A model generated the notes under the pieces. It saw nothing but the letters and a program-made list of their open reading frames with translations. It was not told the origin of the DNA and searched no databases. The translations under genes and the position numbers were made by a program. A DNA stretch of 64,000 nucleotides from Amphiscolops sp. MND2022 (lineage: Eukaryota). The first letter of the stretch is position 1; every line of letters begins with the position of its first letter. This document shows, piece after piece, positions 38,701 through 52,500 of this stretch. The stretch lies in contig OZ076409.1 in NCBI GenBank assembly GCA_964187785.1, positions 54,500,001-54,564,000 on the forward strand, read 5' to 3'.

Positions 38701-41700
38701 TAAAGTAAGCCATTTTGAGACTTTAAGGCAAATAAAAAACTAAAATGCTGGACATAATCAACAATTTTTCAATCCGAAAGAACTTATCCCCTATGGAAGT
38801 ATACTGAAGTAAGCCATTTTGAGAGTCAAAGACATTTGAAAAGCTAAAATGCAGGAAATAATCAACAATTTTTCAAACCGAGAGAACTTATCCCCTATGG
38901 AAGTTAACAATGGTAAAAAGCCGGTTATTCAAAACAATTTTCCAATCAGACGTAGAATGTTCGCTACACTCCTTTTTTATTTTCAATAATAAAGTCATAT
39001 CTGGAATATCAACACACTCCCCTTCTATCTTTCATTCTCAATAATAGAATCATATCTGGAATATCAATAAACTCCTGTTCAATCATTATTTAGCGCACAA
39101 TTACATGTAATCACTGTACAAGTTTACACCGCCTTTAATTCTTCTCGGACTAAAGAAAATATAACTACTAAGCGTAGACGAAGTTTCGCATTCGCATTTG
39201 AATGCAGGCGAAGCTCTCAACGAACGAAAAATTAACACTCATTCGCTTCATCACAATAACTCGGGGCAACGAAAGCACAATTACGAACGAACATTCGCTC
39301 GCTTCATCTCAATGACGTCAGCATACGAATGGATAATTACCACTCGCTCGTTCCATCGCACTAGAATTGAATTGTTGTCGGCAGCTTTCCCACGCTTACA
39401 CTCACTGCCGAACAAAATATCTGAATTATTCAGATCGTCCGAAAAATTTGTACTGAAAAAAAGTAGAAAGTTTGAGGTTACAATAATATTCCTGCTAAAG
39501 CAGAAATATTAAAAATAGCCTTTTCTCAATAACACAGCAACTGTTTGCTAAGTTACTTTCACACTCTAGTAAGACAGTTTGCCACCGTTGAGAGTTAAAG
39601 ACATTTGAAAAGCTAAAATGCAGGAAATAATCAAGAATTTTTCAAACCGAGAGAACTTATCTCCTATGGAAGTACACTAAAGTAAGCCATTTTGAGAGTT
39701 AAAGACAAATAAAAACCTAAAAAGCTTGACATAATCAACAATTTTTCAAACCGAGAGAACTTATCCCCTATGGAAGTACACTAAAGTAAGCCATTTTGAG
39801 AGTTAAAGACAATTGAAAAGTTAAAATGCTGGAAATATTCAACAATTTTTAGAAACGACAGAACTTATCACCTTTGGAATTACACTAAAGTGAGTCATTT
39901 TGAGTTGAAGAAAAATAAAAAACCAAAATGCTGAACATAATCAACAATTTTTCAAACCGACAGAACTTATTCCCTATGGAAGTACACTTAAAGTAAGCCA
40001 TTTTGAGACTTTAAGGCAAATAAAAAACTAAAATGCTGGACATAATCAACAATTTTTCAATCCGAAAGAACTTATCCCCTATGGAAGTATACTGAAGTAA
40101 GCCATTTTGAGAGTCAAAGACATTTGAAAAGCTAAAATGCAGGAAATAATCAACAATTTTTCAAACCGAGAGAACTTATCCCCTATGGAAGTACACTAAA
40201 GTAAGCCATTTTGAGAGTTAAAGACAATTGAAAAGTTAAAATGCTGGAAATATTCAACAATTTTTAGAAACGACAGAACTTATCACCTTTGGAATTACAC
40301 TAAAGTGAGTCATTTTGAGTTGAAGAAAAATAAAAAACCAAAATGCTGAACATAATCAACAATTTTTCAAACCGACAGAACTTATTCCCTATGGAAGTAC
40401 ACTAAAGTAAAGCATTTTGAGAGTTAAAGACAAATAAAAAACTAAAATGTTGGACATAATCAACAATTTTTCAAACCGACAGAACTTATTCCCTATGGAA
40501 GTACACTTAAAGTAAGCCATTTTGAGACTTTAAGGCAAATAAAAAACTAAAATGCTGGACATAATCAACAATTTTTCAATCCGAAAGAACTTATCCCCTA
40601 TGGAAGTATACTGAAGTAAGCCATTTTGAGAGTCAAAGACATTTGAAAAGCTAAAATGCAGGAAATAATCAACAATTTTTCAAACCGAGAGAACTTATCC
40701 CCTATGGAAGTTAACAATGGTAAAAAGCCGGTTATTCAAAACAATTTTCCAATCAGACGTAGAATGTTCGCTACACTCCTTTTTTATTTTCAATAATAAA
40801 GTCATATCTGGAAAATCAACACACTCCCCTTCTATCTTTCATTTTCAATAATAGAATCATATCTGGAATATCAATAAACTCCTGTTCAATCATTATTTAG
40901 CGCACAATTACATGTAATCACTGTACAAGTTTACACCGCCTTTAATTCTTCTCGGACTAAAGAAAATATAACTACTAAGCGTAGACGAAGTTTCGCATTC
41001 GCATTTGAATGCAGGCGAAGCTCTCAACGAACGAAAAATTAACACTCATTCGCTTCATCACAATAACTCGGGGCAACGAAAGCACAATTACGAACGAACA
41101 TTCGCTCGCTTCATCTCAATGACGTCAGCATACGAATGGATAATTACCACTCGCTCGTTCCATCGCACTAGAATTGAATTGTTGTCGGCAGCTTTCCCAC
41201 GCTTACACTCACTGCCGAACAAAATATCTGAATTATTCAGATCGTCCGAAAAATTTGTACTGAAAAAAAAGTAGAAAGTTTGAGGTTACAATAATATTCC
41301 TGCTAAAGCAGAAATATTAAAAATAGCCTTTTCTCAATAACACAGCAACTGTTTGCTAAGTTACTTTCACACTCTAGTAAGACAGTTTGCCACCGTTGAG
41401 AGTTAAAGACATTTGAAAAGCTAAAATGCAGGAAATAATCAAGAATTTTTCAAACCGAGAGAACTTATCTCCTATGGAAGTACACTAAAGTAAGCCATTT
41501 TGAGAGTTAAAGACAAATAAAAACCTAAAAAGCTTGACATAATCAACAATTTTTCAAACCGAGAGAACTTATCCCCTATGGAAGTACACTAAAGTAAGCC
41601 ATTTTGAGAGTTAAAGACAATTGAAAAGTTAAAATGCTGGAAATATTCAACAATTTTTAGAAACGACAGAACTTATCACCTTTGGAATTACACTAAAGTG

Positions 41701-42819
41701 AGTCATTTTGAGTTGAAGAAAAATAAAAAACCAAAATGCTGAACATAATCAACAATTTTTCAAACCGACAGAACCCATCCCTTATGGAAGTACACTAAAG
41801 TAAGCCATTTTGAGAGTTAAAGACAATTGAAAAGTTAAAATGCTGGAAATATTCAAAAATTTTCAGAAACGACAGAACTTATCACCTATGGAAGTTCACT
41901 AAAGTGAGTCATTTTGAGAGTTAAAGAAATATAAAAAACCAAAATGCTGGACATAATCAACAATTTTTCCAACCGACAGAACTTATCCCCTATGGAAGTA
42001 TACTGAAGTAAGCCATTTTGAAAGTTAAAAACATTTGAAAAGCTAAAATGCAGGAAATAATCAACAATTTTTCAAACCGACAGAACTTATTCCATATAGA
42101 AGTACACTAAAGTAAGCCATTTTGAGAGTTAAAGACAAATAAAAAACTGAAATGCTGGACCTAATCAACAATTTTTCAAACCGACAGAACTTATCCTCTA
42201 TGGAAGTATACTGAAGTAAGCCATTCTGAGAGTTGAAGACATTTGAAAAGTTAAAATGCTGCAAATAGTCAACAATTTTTCAAACCGAGAGAACTTATCC
42301 CATATGGAAGTACACTAAAGTAAGCCATTTTGAGTTAAAGACAAATAAAAACCTAAAATGCTTGACATAATCAACAATTTTCCAAACCGGCAGAACTTAT
42401 CCCCTATGGAAGTATACTGAACTAAGCCATTTTGAGAGTTAAAAACTAAAATGCTGGAAATAATCAACAATTTTTCAAACCGAGAGAACTTATTCCATAT
42501 AGAAGTACACTAAAGTAAAGCATTTTGAGAGTTAAATACAAATAAAAAACTAAAATGTTGGACATAATCAACAATTTTTCAAACCGACAGAACTTATTCC
42601 CTATGGAAGTACACTTAAAGTAAGCCATTTTGAGACTTTAAGGCAAATAAAAAACTAAAATGCTGGACATAATCAACAATTTTTCAATCCGAAAGAACTT
42701 ATCCCCTATGGAAGTATACTGAAGTAAGCCATTTTGAGAGTCAAAGACATTTGAAAAGCTAAAATGCAGGAAATAATCAACAATTTTTCAAACCGAGAGA
42801 ACTTATCCCCTATGGAAGT
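32770..42819. repeat. Satellite of ~102-104-bp monomers in three blocks (~32770-38904, 39590-40711, 41398-42819)
   Basis: Monomer ~gagagttaaagacatttgaaaagttaaaatgctggaaataatcaacaatttttcaaaccgagagaacttatcccctatggaagtacactaaagtaagccatttt; about 60 monomers in the first block. Confidence 0.97.
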
Positions 42820-43507
42820 TAACAATGGTAAAAAGCCGGTTATTCAAAACAATTTTCCAATCAGACGTAGAATGTTCGCTACCCTCCTTTTTTATTTTCA
42901 ATAATAAAGTCATATCTGGAATATCAACACACTCCCCTTCTATCTTTCATTTTCAATAATAGAATCATATCTGGAATATCAATAAACTCCTGTTCAATCA
43001 TTATTTAGCGCACAATTACATGTAATCACTGTACAAGTTTACACCGCCTTTAATTCTTCTCGGACTAAAGAAAATATAACTACTAAGCGTAGACGAAGTT
43101 TCGCATTCGCATTTGAATGCAGGCGAAGCTCTCAACGAACGAAAAATTAACACTCATTCGCTTCATCACAATAACTCGGGGCAACGAAAGCACAATTACG
43201 AACGAACATTCGCTCGCTTCATCTCAATGACGTCAGCATACGAATGGATAATTACCACTCGCTCGTTCCATCGCACTAGAATTGAATTGTTGTCGGCAGC
43301 TTTCCCACGCTTACACTCACTACCGAACAAAATATCTGAATTATTCAGATCGTCCGAAAAATTTGTACTGAAAAAAAAGTAGAAAGTTTGAGGTTACAAT
43401 AATATTCCTGCTAAAGCAGAAATATTAAAAATAGCCTTTTCTCAATAACACAGCAACTGTTTGCTAAGTTACTTTCACACTCTAGTAAGACAGTTTGCCA
43501 CCGTTGA
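38905..43507. repeat. Three near-identical ~690-bp segments (HINE-A terminus + ~80-bp flank): 38905-39591, 40712-41399, 42820-43507
   Basis: The same spurious ORF at 39198, 41005 and 43113; each segment runs taacaatggtaaaaagccgg ... gccaccgttga. Confidence 0.93.
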
Positions 43508-43787
43508 AACCGGTTTAGAAGTTTTCTCATTGAAGCCTCAGCTAAGTGTTCGACCGGCATTTGAAAGTACCACATTTGAAATGAGTGTATTGGACGTACC
43601 GCATTCATACTTTAATGCACCCGAAGCTCTCGACGTACGAATAATTAACACTCGTTTACTTCATCTCAATAAAAGTGCTGCCTCGCTGCTACGAGAATTG
43701 GTGAAGAAAACAGGACGACAAAGTCTGAAAATTAAACAAGCGAGGACTATTTCTATAAGATGTCAGCTCATTCAGAAATATCATTAA

Positions 43788-43952
43788 CAGTTGAATCCGC
43801 CTAATTCGTATCGCTAGGGGCCGAATAAAACAGGGAGAAATATGAATTTACCGGATGATATTACTGTGGTCGTGGCGAACAGGGGGTCTCTGATCGATAC
43901 GAATTAAACGAAGATCCGAATTATCCGGATACGAATTAACCGGAGTTGACTG
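43788..43952. mobile_element. pogo/Tigger-type MITE
   Basis: cagttgaatccgcctaattcgtatc ... gatacgaattaaccggagttgactg; homologous copy at 58496-58669. Confidence 0.7.
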
Positions 43953-44599
43953 CAGAAACAATTTATCAACAAGAACGCGGCTGAGAAATTATTTTTTTCC
44001 TATTTGGACACGAAGAATGGGAGGAGGATAAATAAGCTATTATGACTGCTGAAGCACAAGCGGGGAGCGACTTCCAGAAAAATAGAGCTCACAAAAATAG
44101 CGGAGTACCTTCATTCAATCCCTGTAGGGGAACTATTTTGAAAAATTAACGAAATACATTAATACCGCCAAAAACTACTAACCCGAAAGCTTTTCCGAAG
44201 TGCAAAAAATTGAAAACGTTTCCGAAATACCAAAAATTGAAGTGTCAGAACTTTATTTCTGTTTCAGAGAACATTACGCAAGTGAGTAATAATCAAAACC
44301 ATCAAAATGCAATCTCTTTCTCATTAAATTAGTCAAAAACTCGCATCTTTCAGGAAGAAACTGTCGACAAAATCTTCTACTTCCTCCATGTACGCAAGTG
44401 ATCATTTTAATCATTCTGAAATTTCTGTAACATTTCAACAATTTTATTGGAAACCAACTATGATTCCGCTGTTCTACAGAAATTGAACATTTCAACAAAA
44501 TGATGTCATTCTCATAAGGATGGCCACCTAATTTTATTTCATTGGAGTTTGGGATTCAAAGTAAAAATTTAAAAAGAATTTCCAGTGACAATGCTTTAG

Positions 44600-44938
44600 G
44601 GTGCAGGCAACTGCATGACAGGGATACCGAACTTCTTCATATTTGTGTTATCCAACCAGCACGTGAAAGATAACGCCAAAATTGCTTTTATCAACTGCAT
44701 TAATAATATCCGACAGAGGGAAGTCAAGTACCAAAGAAGTTCGGTCATTTTGACTAACAAAAGGTGGACTGATTCATTTGGAGATAGTGACCTCTTTGCA
44801 GAGACTTCACTTCTGCTGGTAAGAAAGGTTAAATATTCCAATTCTCGAAAGTTATGTGAAAAAAAATCCGAGAACATCGAAAGAATTATCAAGACAATAG
44901 TCTATCAAACAAACCGACATGCTGCATGCAAGTACTGA
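44600..44938 (+). CDS. GPR157: GPR157-like last exon, TM7 and C-terminal tail
   Basis: gctttAG|GAGNCMTGIPNFFIFVLSNQHVK, cf. GPR157 GIGNTFQGGANCIMFVLCTRAVR; open to stop at 44936-44938. Confidence 0.72.
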   Translation, partial: GAGNCMTGIPNFFIFVLSNQHVKDNAKIAFINCINNIRQREVKYQRSSVILTNKRWTDSFGDSDLFAETSLLLVRKVKYSNSRKLCEKKSENIERIIKTIVYQTNRHAACKY

Positions 44939-46689
44939 CGTTTTACAAGAACATTAGCAATGTGACGCTAACAGAAAACTCTTTTTTTTTTCGTTTTAGC
45001 CACAGAATTTTTCCTTCCCAGTTTCTGCCATAACTTCACTTCCACCCAAATCATATACTGCCACTTGGCGTAGAGGTCAACTTGATTTTCCCTACAAAGG
45101 GTCGCATTTGAGGTTTTTGAGGTTTTTCTAAGCACCGCCTTAGAATTTTAGCAGGACAAAAAAAGCGTTTCGCGAGCGTAGCTGCCCCCTTATTTGGGTA
45201 TTAAGGTTTTTCGTTAATGACCCAATATCAAGGTTTTTCGGCACTGTGCAACTCACCAAAAATTCGAAATGTTTTTGAAGAGAAAACCTTTCGAAAAAAT
45301 TCCACAATTTTTGCTTTTTTGAGGTTTCATGTTAAAGAAAGCTGTTTTCCGAGTCCTAAGAGTGACCTTTTTGGGTAAGGGTGACGTCTGTGGGTCTGAT
45401 AAATTTTCTCAAACATTGCGGAGAACTTTTTACGATTTTTTAAACTTTTCACTAGACGCTCGATGAACAATTTTCTGATGTTTTCAGTTTAGAAAACATG
45501 TTTTTGTATCTAAAGTGGCAAATTTTTAAAGTCCCCCTTCGTAAATGTTCTGATTTCACAGTGTGCGAAAAATATCGCAGTGCCACTGCACCGCTTGTGT
45601 TCATGAGCTCGGTCATTCAAATCACGCCATAATTTTTTTTCAATTACCGCTGAAGAAAGGCTTCCAGCTGAAGTAATTGATCTTGTTTCAGGACACAACT
45701 ATTTCCAGTCGCCCTAGCAAGTCACGTTCCAAAAGCCGGAGTTCCCAGCTTTTAAGCCGACAAGAGTCTGATCTGGGATATCTAAGATGACTACAGCCAG
45801 AATGGAAAACTCAGCCAAAGGAAGATACTCATATTGCCAAAGTTGCTAATTTAAATTTACAAATGATCGTCCAATTTTTCCACTAAAGGACTAGAAAAAT
45901 TCGTCTTGAAAAGTGAAACAGAAGATTCCCAGAGTTGCGAAATTGAAGAATTTGTTGAAAGATAACGCCCCCGTTCACTAAAGCTTCATGGATTCAAAAC
46001 ATTCTAAACCAAACCGGTTAATCGAAGCAAAACTCATCCCTTACTTTTCCCCAGGTACCAGATGAGATTATTTAAAAATTGAGCAACATCCTTTTCGTCG
46101 TGAAAGCGCGTTTTCATATTAGCTGACGATTTGCTCAGGACTATATTCGTTATATTGGCTTACTGGAACAACGCTGTCTAATCCAGCCAGCCAGCCCAGG
46201 TGTTACCAAAAATCACAGCGTGTAATCTCAATAACACAGAATTTTGCTTCGCTAGAAATCACGAAAAGTAATTTTGCGTTTTAAAAGAAATTGCTCCTAT
46301 AAAAATCGTTTATCATCAAAAGGTTTCAGTGAAAATTGGTTTTTATTGCTATTACCAGCCCAGAAATTAGTAGTTCAGGATGGCATCTATGTCTAGGGTA
46401 AAAACAACAATCAGTCATTTTCGTTTTGGAAGTGGAGACGTTTCAAGACTAGTTTTGAGATGGTTCATGTTTTTATTGTGCTCTTTCTTGGGTTTCTTCC
46501 GGCGATTAGACGAATTTTTAAAATAAAACTGAATTTAAATTGATTTTTGAGAAAAAGATAATTTTAGCGTGATTTTTGCGCTCTAAAATAGTGTGATTTG
46601 TGACAGTGTGTGATGCGAACTTTCGAAGAAAACCAAATGAGCAATATCATACGGAGAACCAAGGGAAAAAGGACATTGTTAACATTTCA

Positions 46690-47400
46690 TCAATTTTACA
46701 GCGCCAAAAAATACCCGAAGGGATACGCATAAATCTCGAAAACCATTCTTCCCCAACTGCAAAGAGCAAAAAGCCCCATCTTTCTCAACCGAAAACATTT
46801 ATAAAAAAAACAGAAAATTGAGGAAAAATTATTTTCGAAATTTTTCGAAAAATTTTTTTGATGAAGGTCTCTGGTAAGTCGCATAGTGTCGAAAACCTTG
46901 AGCAGTCCTTTATGCTCGCAAAAAGTTTCGTTTCTAGAAAAATTGGCGGGGGGGGGTTTCGATGAAAACAAATTAGAAAAGTGGCCTAGAAAAAACACCG
47001 GTCTTTAAAAAAATACAAAAATCGGATATAGCGTGCTGTGCTGGGCCTGAGAAAACCTAATTTCAAGACAAAAATTATTCATTTTGAATTATCTTACAAT
47101 GCCGAAAACTGTTAAAGGGGGGTCCTTTGAGATTTTTCAACATCCATTCTGTTGCAAAATTTCAAAAAAATGAAGGGGGCCCTTTGGAGACATTAAAAAA
47201 AAATTTCGAAAAAAAGTCTCACAATGCCGAAAAAAACTGAAAGAAAAACCTTTTCGGTTCAGTTCGCTAGACCGAATGATTCAGTTTCGAACCATAAAAT
47301 TTCATGGAAATTTTCAGAACTATTTTGGTCAGTTCGTGTGGATTGAAAAAAAAAGTCATTATAATAGTCGCGTTTCACTTCATGAAGCGCCGACTAAAAA
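46690..47400 (-). mobile_element. HINE family B variant, one end missing
   Basis: Body similar to 8985-9340; ends in tagtcgcgtttcacttcatgaagcgccgactaaaaa. Confidence 0.65.
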
Positions 47401-48349
47401 CCATGCTTCAGCATGTGCACTCTAAAACACATCCAAAACAGTACATAGCCAAACCACAAATTTACTGTTTTTATAAGAGACATGTATGCATAATGCATGA
47501 TTTATCCAACGTTGTTTTTCATGAAGCAGATTACATAATACTTTCTAAAAGGCTCTCTTAATGGTACCAAGCATTCATTTGACAAAGACCTAATATATTG
47601 AACTCATGAAAGTGTACTACAAATGCTCCCGACTGTCATGCATTTTGAGCTTTTAGTCTTTGAGGAGCAAGAAAGCATTGCATGTACCATGACAAACGTT
47701 GAATAGCATTCATTGTAGAGCGCATTTGAACGAGCATTAAGACGTGCGGCCAGAATATAACAAACGCCGCAATGTTCGATCGATACATTTGCTATGACCT
47801 CTAGTTCATGATACAAATAATCCACGTACAATTCGTGGTTGCAGTGTCACGAAGTGCGATAGAACTAGAACCGCTAAATGCTACACTTCGGAAAACAAGT
47901 CATGTGTGCAATTACAAGGAAAAGGAACTCGTTCTTGATCGTGTTCAATCCCGTTCTTCATGCAATGCACGTGGTTTGTTACTGTCTTTAGTCGGTAAAA
48001 AGCAGTCAACGTAGAAGTAAACAGATTGCAGGAAAAAATGCGTTAATTCTTGTTCTGAGGCGTACAATTAAATGTGCATTATTCCAAGTCGTTGTTCGTA
48101 CTGATTTGACCGGTTATTTGCAGAGCAACGAAGGTCAAAAGGCAAAATGTAAAGAATATGTTGTAGGTTCTCAGTGCAAGCAATCAATTCCAGTTGCAGG
48201 CCAATCGAAAAAAGCTGGAGCAGTTCGGAAGCCTCCGAAACCAGACATCAATAATTTCATCGGAAAAGACATTAGATTACTAATTTGGGACACAATTTTG
48301 AGATCCGGAAAATTTTGGTAAAGAAGGAAACTAAAATGAATGAACTCAC

Positions 48350-48589
48350 ATTGATGAATAGTTCAGAGCATATGGAACATTGCAGCTCATTTTCCAAAAT
48401 CTCTAAAGTGTCTTGCAGTTTCTTCTTTTCCCCATCTAGCAACGAATCTTTAGCTTGCAGCTCGTTTGAGAGTGAAGCCTCTCTGGCTTCTCGAGACGCC
48501 AACTCCGTCTTAAGTCTCTCCTCTGCTTCGCCCAGTCTCCGTTCATATTCTTCTGTCAGCTTCTTCTTCATATCTTCAAGCTGTTTGTT
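48350..48589 (-). CDS. RNF8: RNF8-like exon: coiled coil and first RING cysteine pair
   Basis: NKQLEDMKKKLTEEY...LEILENELQCSICSELFIN, cf. RNF8 LENELQCIICSEYFIE. cctgttttAG and |GTGAGT; 240 nt, phase 0/0. Confidence 0.93.
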
Positions 48590-49559
48590 CTAAAACAGGA
48601 TTAGACACGTAATCTAATAATTGAGTTGACCCAATTCTGACCAAGAAATTTAAAAAATAGACCGCAACTTAGGATGGTTTTTTGCAAATATAATAAATTT
48701 ATCTCGATAAAAAACGTGCGTGAAAAGAAAAGCTAAAGGTTGAAACATTTGAGCACGAAAAATGGCATTGACAATAATTTTTGCCACTGTTGTTTCTTTC
48801 CGAAACAAACTCGAAATCCACATCTGTTTATTCTGAGCATAATTTCAAGCAAAATAATTGCCAAGAAAAGCCGTGCTTAACTTAACAGCCAGAAAAATGA
48901 AACGACTTTGACGTTAAAAAATAATTGAACGGTCCAAATTTTCAGTTGACGCTCAGGTCAGGAATTGTTGACAAAAATGTCAATCGAAAAGACAATTCAA
49001 TGTTGCTATTTGCAAGTTTAGGCTACATGCAAGAAGTATAGAAACATGTTAAATTAAACCACCAAAAATTTCCCCAGTTAATTCGCTAGCTCTTTGGTTA
49101 TCGAACTTGGGCCACTTTGAAACTCAGGAGCATCCATTCTTCAACTTTTATCAGCGTGGGAAAATGGTTCACAAATGGGCATACTGAAGAAGGTGATGTC
49201 TCTGTAAATTACATCACTAGGCCAGAAATTTTTCATGGTAGAGATCTTTACTATCGTGGGTTATTACAAGTCTAAGATTAGAACTTTACGAGTGCATCTT
49301 CTTCCATATGACAAACAATTGATCTTATTGTTCAGCCCTCATGATGTGCACATTCGGTGTTGACCATATCAGAAGGACCTTTTCTTGTCAAAGGTTGAGA
49401 GGCACACGATGTCACTGCTACTTGCTTAAATCACAAATGATAAAGTTTTAACCTGGAATCTGTCACGAAGTTTTGCGAAAAGGAATCAAAACGTTAGGTC
49501 CCGATGAAACCCTGAATGCTGTTGTAACTGAAAAGGACGTACAAGCAAAAACCATCGAG

Positions 49560-52500
49560 CAAGTGAAGTCGATGTCAGAAAGAAATTGAAACATGAAGAT
49601 TGGATCAAATCGAGGTAGACCAACAGTTTTGAATGGAGCAAAAAAATATATTCCTTGAAAGCGACGCGGGTGCAATCCGAGGAACGACCCCGAATTGTTG
49701 TGATAAACTAATTAACTCGTTTCATATTGAAATGGATGAACGAGATGTCGGACAACAACGTCCCCGCTTGGCCTCGGCTCGGGACTACTGGCCAACTATT
49801 GAGGAGCTAGCAGATACACCTGACGCCGAAGTTTCCGAGTTCATGGCAAAACGAACAAAAACGACATTGTGCTACTGTGCAAGCAGCTCCTGGCCTCATA
49901 CAAGAAGTCCAGCAAATCGATCGAGAACAACCTAGCTGACATCAAGAAGTCAGTTGATAAAGTGAAAACAGCCATTAGCCCGACTCCAAATACCGAAGCT
50001 AAGTATTCTGACATCATTAAAAACTCGTATGTACCTGAATCCAATGCACTTGCATCGGAAATAAGAGTCTCTGGTATACCTGAGGACAAATCTCTGTCTA
50101 ATGATCGAAATCGAAAGTTGGATATTTTTGATCATGAAGTGTCTGTACATAAAGTGCTGTCACCATTAGATGTTACTTCCTCCGACACAGTGTCAATGTC
50201 CAGACTTGGAAAGTTTAACGCAGCAAAATCACGTCCTAGAACCCTCTTAGTCAAATTTAGAAAAAATTTCTGCCTGAAAAGTTTTGGCAAAAGCTTCTCT
50301 ACTCAAATCTTATATTGGACAATACCAAGACGAAAGTTATCGCGTATTTGTGGATAAGTCACTGAGCAAAAGCGAACAAGAAAGAGAACGTAAATTATTG
50401 GTTAAAAGGCGCGAACTTATAAATAACGGAGTAAACCCAACCAACCGCAGAACCCGAAATCTTGAGCTTTACTGCAACAACGAAGTTCAACTCCAGTGAC
50501 TATCACTGAAGCCGCGTCAAACCCTTTCAGCAAAATTAACTATCTTTATCTATAACGTCGGAAGTCTACTGAACGACCAAAGAAAACTTTTATCCAACTT
50601 TATGCTACAGAATTATCATCAAATGATGCGCATTAGTGAAACCTGGCTTACCGACAAATCGGAGACGGACAACTATTTTTCCCCAAAATTATATTAATCG
50701 CTCAGACCGCCCTCGTAACAGTAACTTATCTCTGTATATAGTATACAAAACTCTCTGCGAAGTATACAAAACTCCATTGCATCAACAAAACTATCTGCCT
50801 GAAAAATATTTAGGATACTGTGCTGCTGTGCCTATTCCTTGCCTCAATAAGACTATCTTGATTGCTTCACTGTATAAGCCACCAACTGATAGTAGCTACC
50901 GCCTACCAATAAGTGAAGTCATTGAACTGATTAAACTGCTGCATTCATTTTCTTATTACGTGCTATATATTTTTTAACGACATGCTCTGATACCCTAGAC
51001 CTAGTATTCGCCTCCAATAAAACATACCTCGTAGATGCTGCTCCCAATACTTCAAATCAGCTTCCAACTTTCATACACTTGCATATATCATGCACACTTG
51101 CCATCGAAGACGAATTGAAACTACGCCAGTTCACGACCGACACCTACTTGAGTTACTGTGAAACTGACTACGCTCTGCTGAACAATTTATTAGAACAGAA
51201 CGCTTTCTACTCTATTTGTTGGTCAAATGTCTCGGTCATGGATGGCCTTGCATGGCGTTGGCCAAAGACTAGAGTTTGCACTCCTAGAAGGATCAAACAC
51301 CGAAAATCTCTACCCCCGTGGATTTCTCCTGAAACATCTAACCGGCCGAAAAGATTGAAAACAATCTCAGGAAAACACTGCATGTCAAATATGTTCAAGC
51401 AAACAACGAGCTTTGTGCCGCCCTCAACCGCGACAAATCTGATTACGAATCTAGAATTGCAGAGAAACGAAACACAAAACTCCTATTCAAATATTACAAG
51501 TCTTTTAACAAGTCACCGTACCCTGCAATAATATATCTTGGTAATACCAAAGCTGAATCTGACCTCGACAAAGCTAACCTGTTTGCTAACTTTTTCCATA
51601 TTTTTTGAATCAAACAGTTTTGTATATGGTAACCTTGGAACTGTTCATCAACGAAAGCGTTGTCCTAGAACTATGTAAAACAATCGATGTTAACAAATCA
51701 AGAGGACCCGATGACCTTCCAGCAATAATCCTCAAGAAAAAAGCTCATACATTGTCGCATTCTCTCTTCCAAATATTCAAGAAAATTTGTCAAACCTCGA
51801 CATATCCACAGAGCTGGAAGCAATCCATAGTCGTCCCTACTCACAAGAAAGGCAGCACATCAGATATCTCCAACTACAGACCAATATCGCTCACTGGCAT
51901 GGGTTCCAAAGTCTCTGAATACTGTCTCTTCTCAGCACTTCACAATCACCTCTATCCTTTCTTCGATGATGCCCAAAACGGTTTTAGAAAACACCACTTT
52001 TGTATCTTACACCTTCTTAAACATCTAGATCTCATATACAACGCTATGGAACAGAACAAACCAGTTGAAGTCATCTATACTGACTTTGAAAAGACGCTCG
52101 ATAAAGCTTCATTTCTATGGAATTCGAGGCAAACTTCTGATCCTCATTGAATCATACTTACGAAATCGACCCCAGAGAGTAGGAGGTAATAAAACGCTCT
52201 CGCAATGCCTTCTTGTAAGTAGTGGAGTACCTCAAGGAGCCATTCCAGCTGCTCTCTTTTACTTGGTTTTCATTAATGAGCTACCGAAAGTATGCATATC
52301 CAGTAAATCATTATTCAATGCAGATGATGCAAAATATCTGAACTTTCCTGTTGACAATGGTCCCTTCCGAAGTGACTTGAATGATATATTCTCATGGACT
52401 GTTCATAATCGTACCTCATTCAACACAGATAAATGCTACTCTGTGTCATTCGAAAGAACAACATCACCGTAATTATGCTTCAACGAAAAAGTTTCAAAGG

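Noticed and set aside
39198..39512. Triplicated 89-104-aa ORF as a gene
   Set aside because: It lies in the HINE-A body; its length depends on an A-run and the frame is not kept in the 1275 and 12237 copies.
32770..42819. CRISPR-like array or repeat-protein gene
   Set aside because: Monomers are contiguous with no unique spacers, there are no cas genes, and ORFs such as 37942-38349 are chance openings in a satellite.
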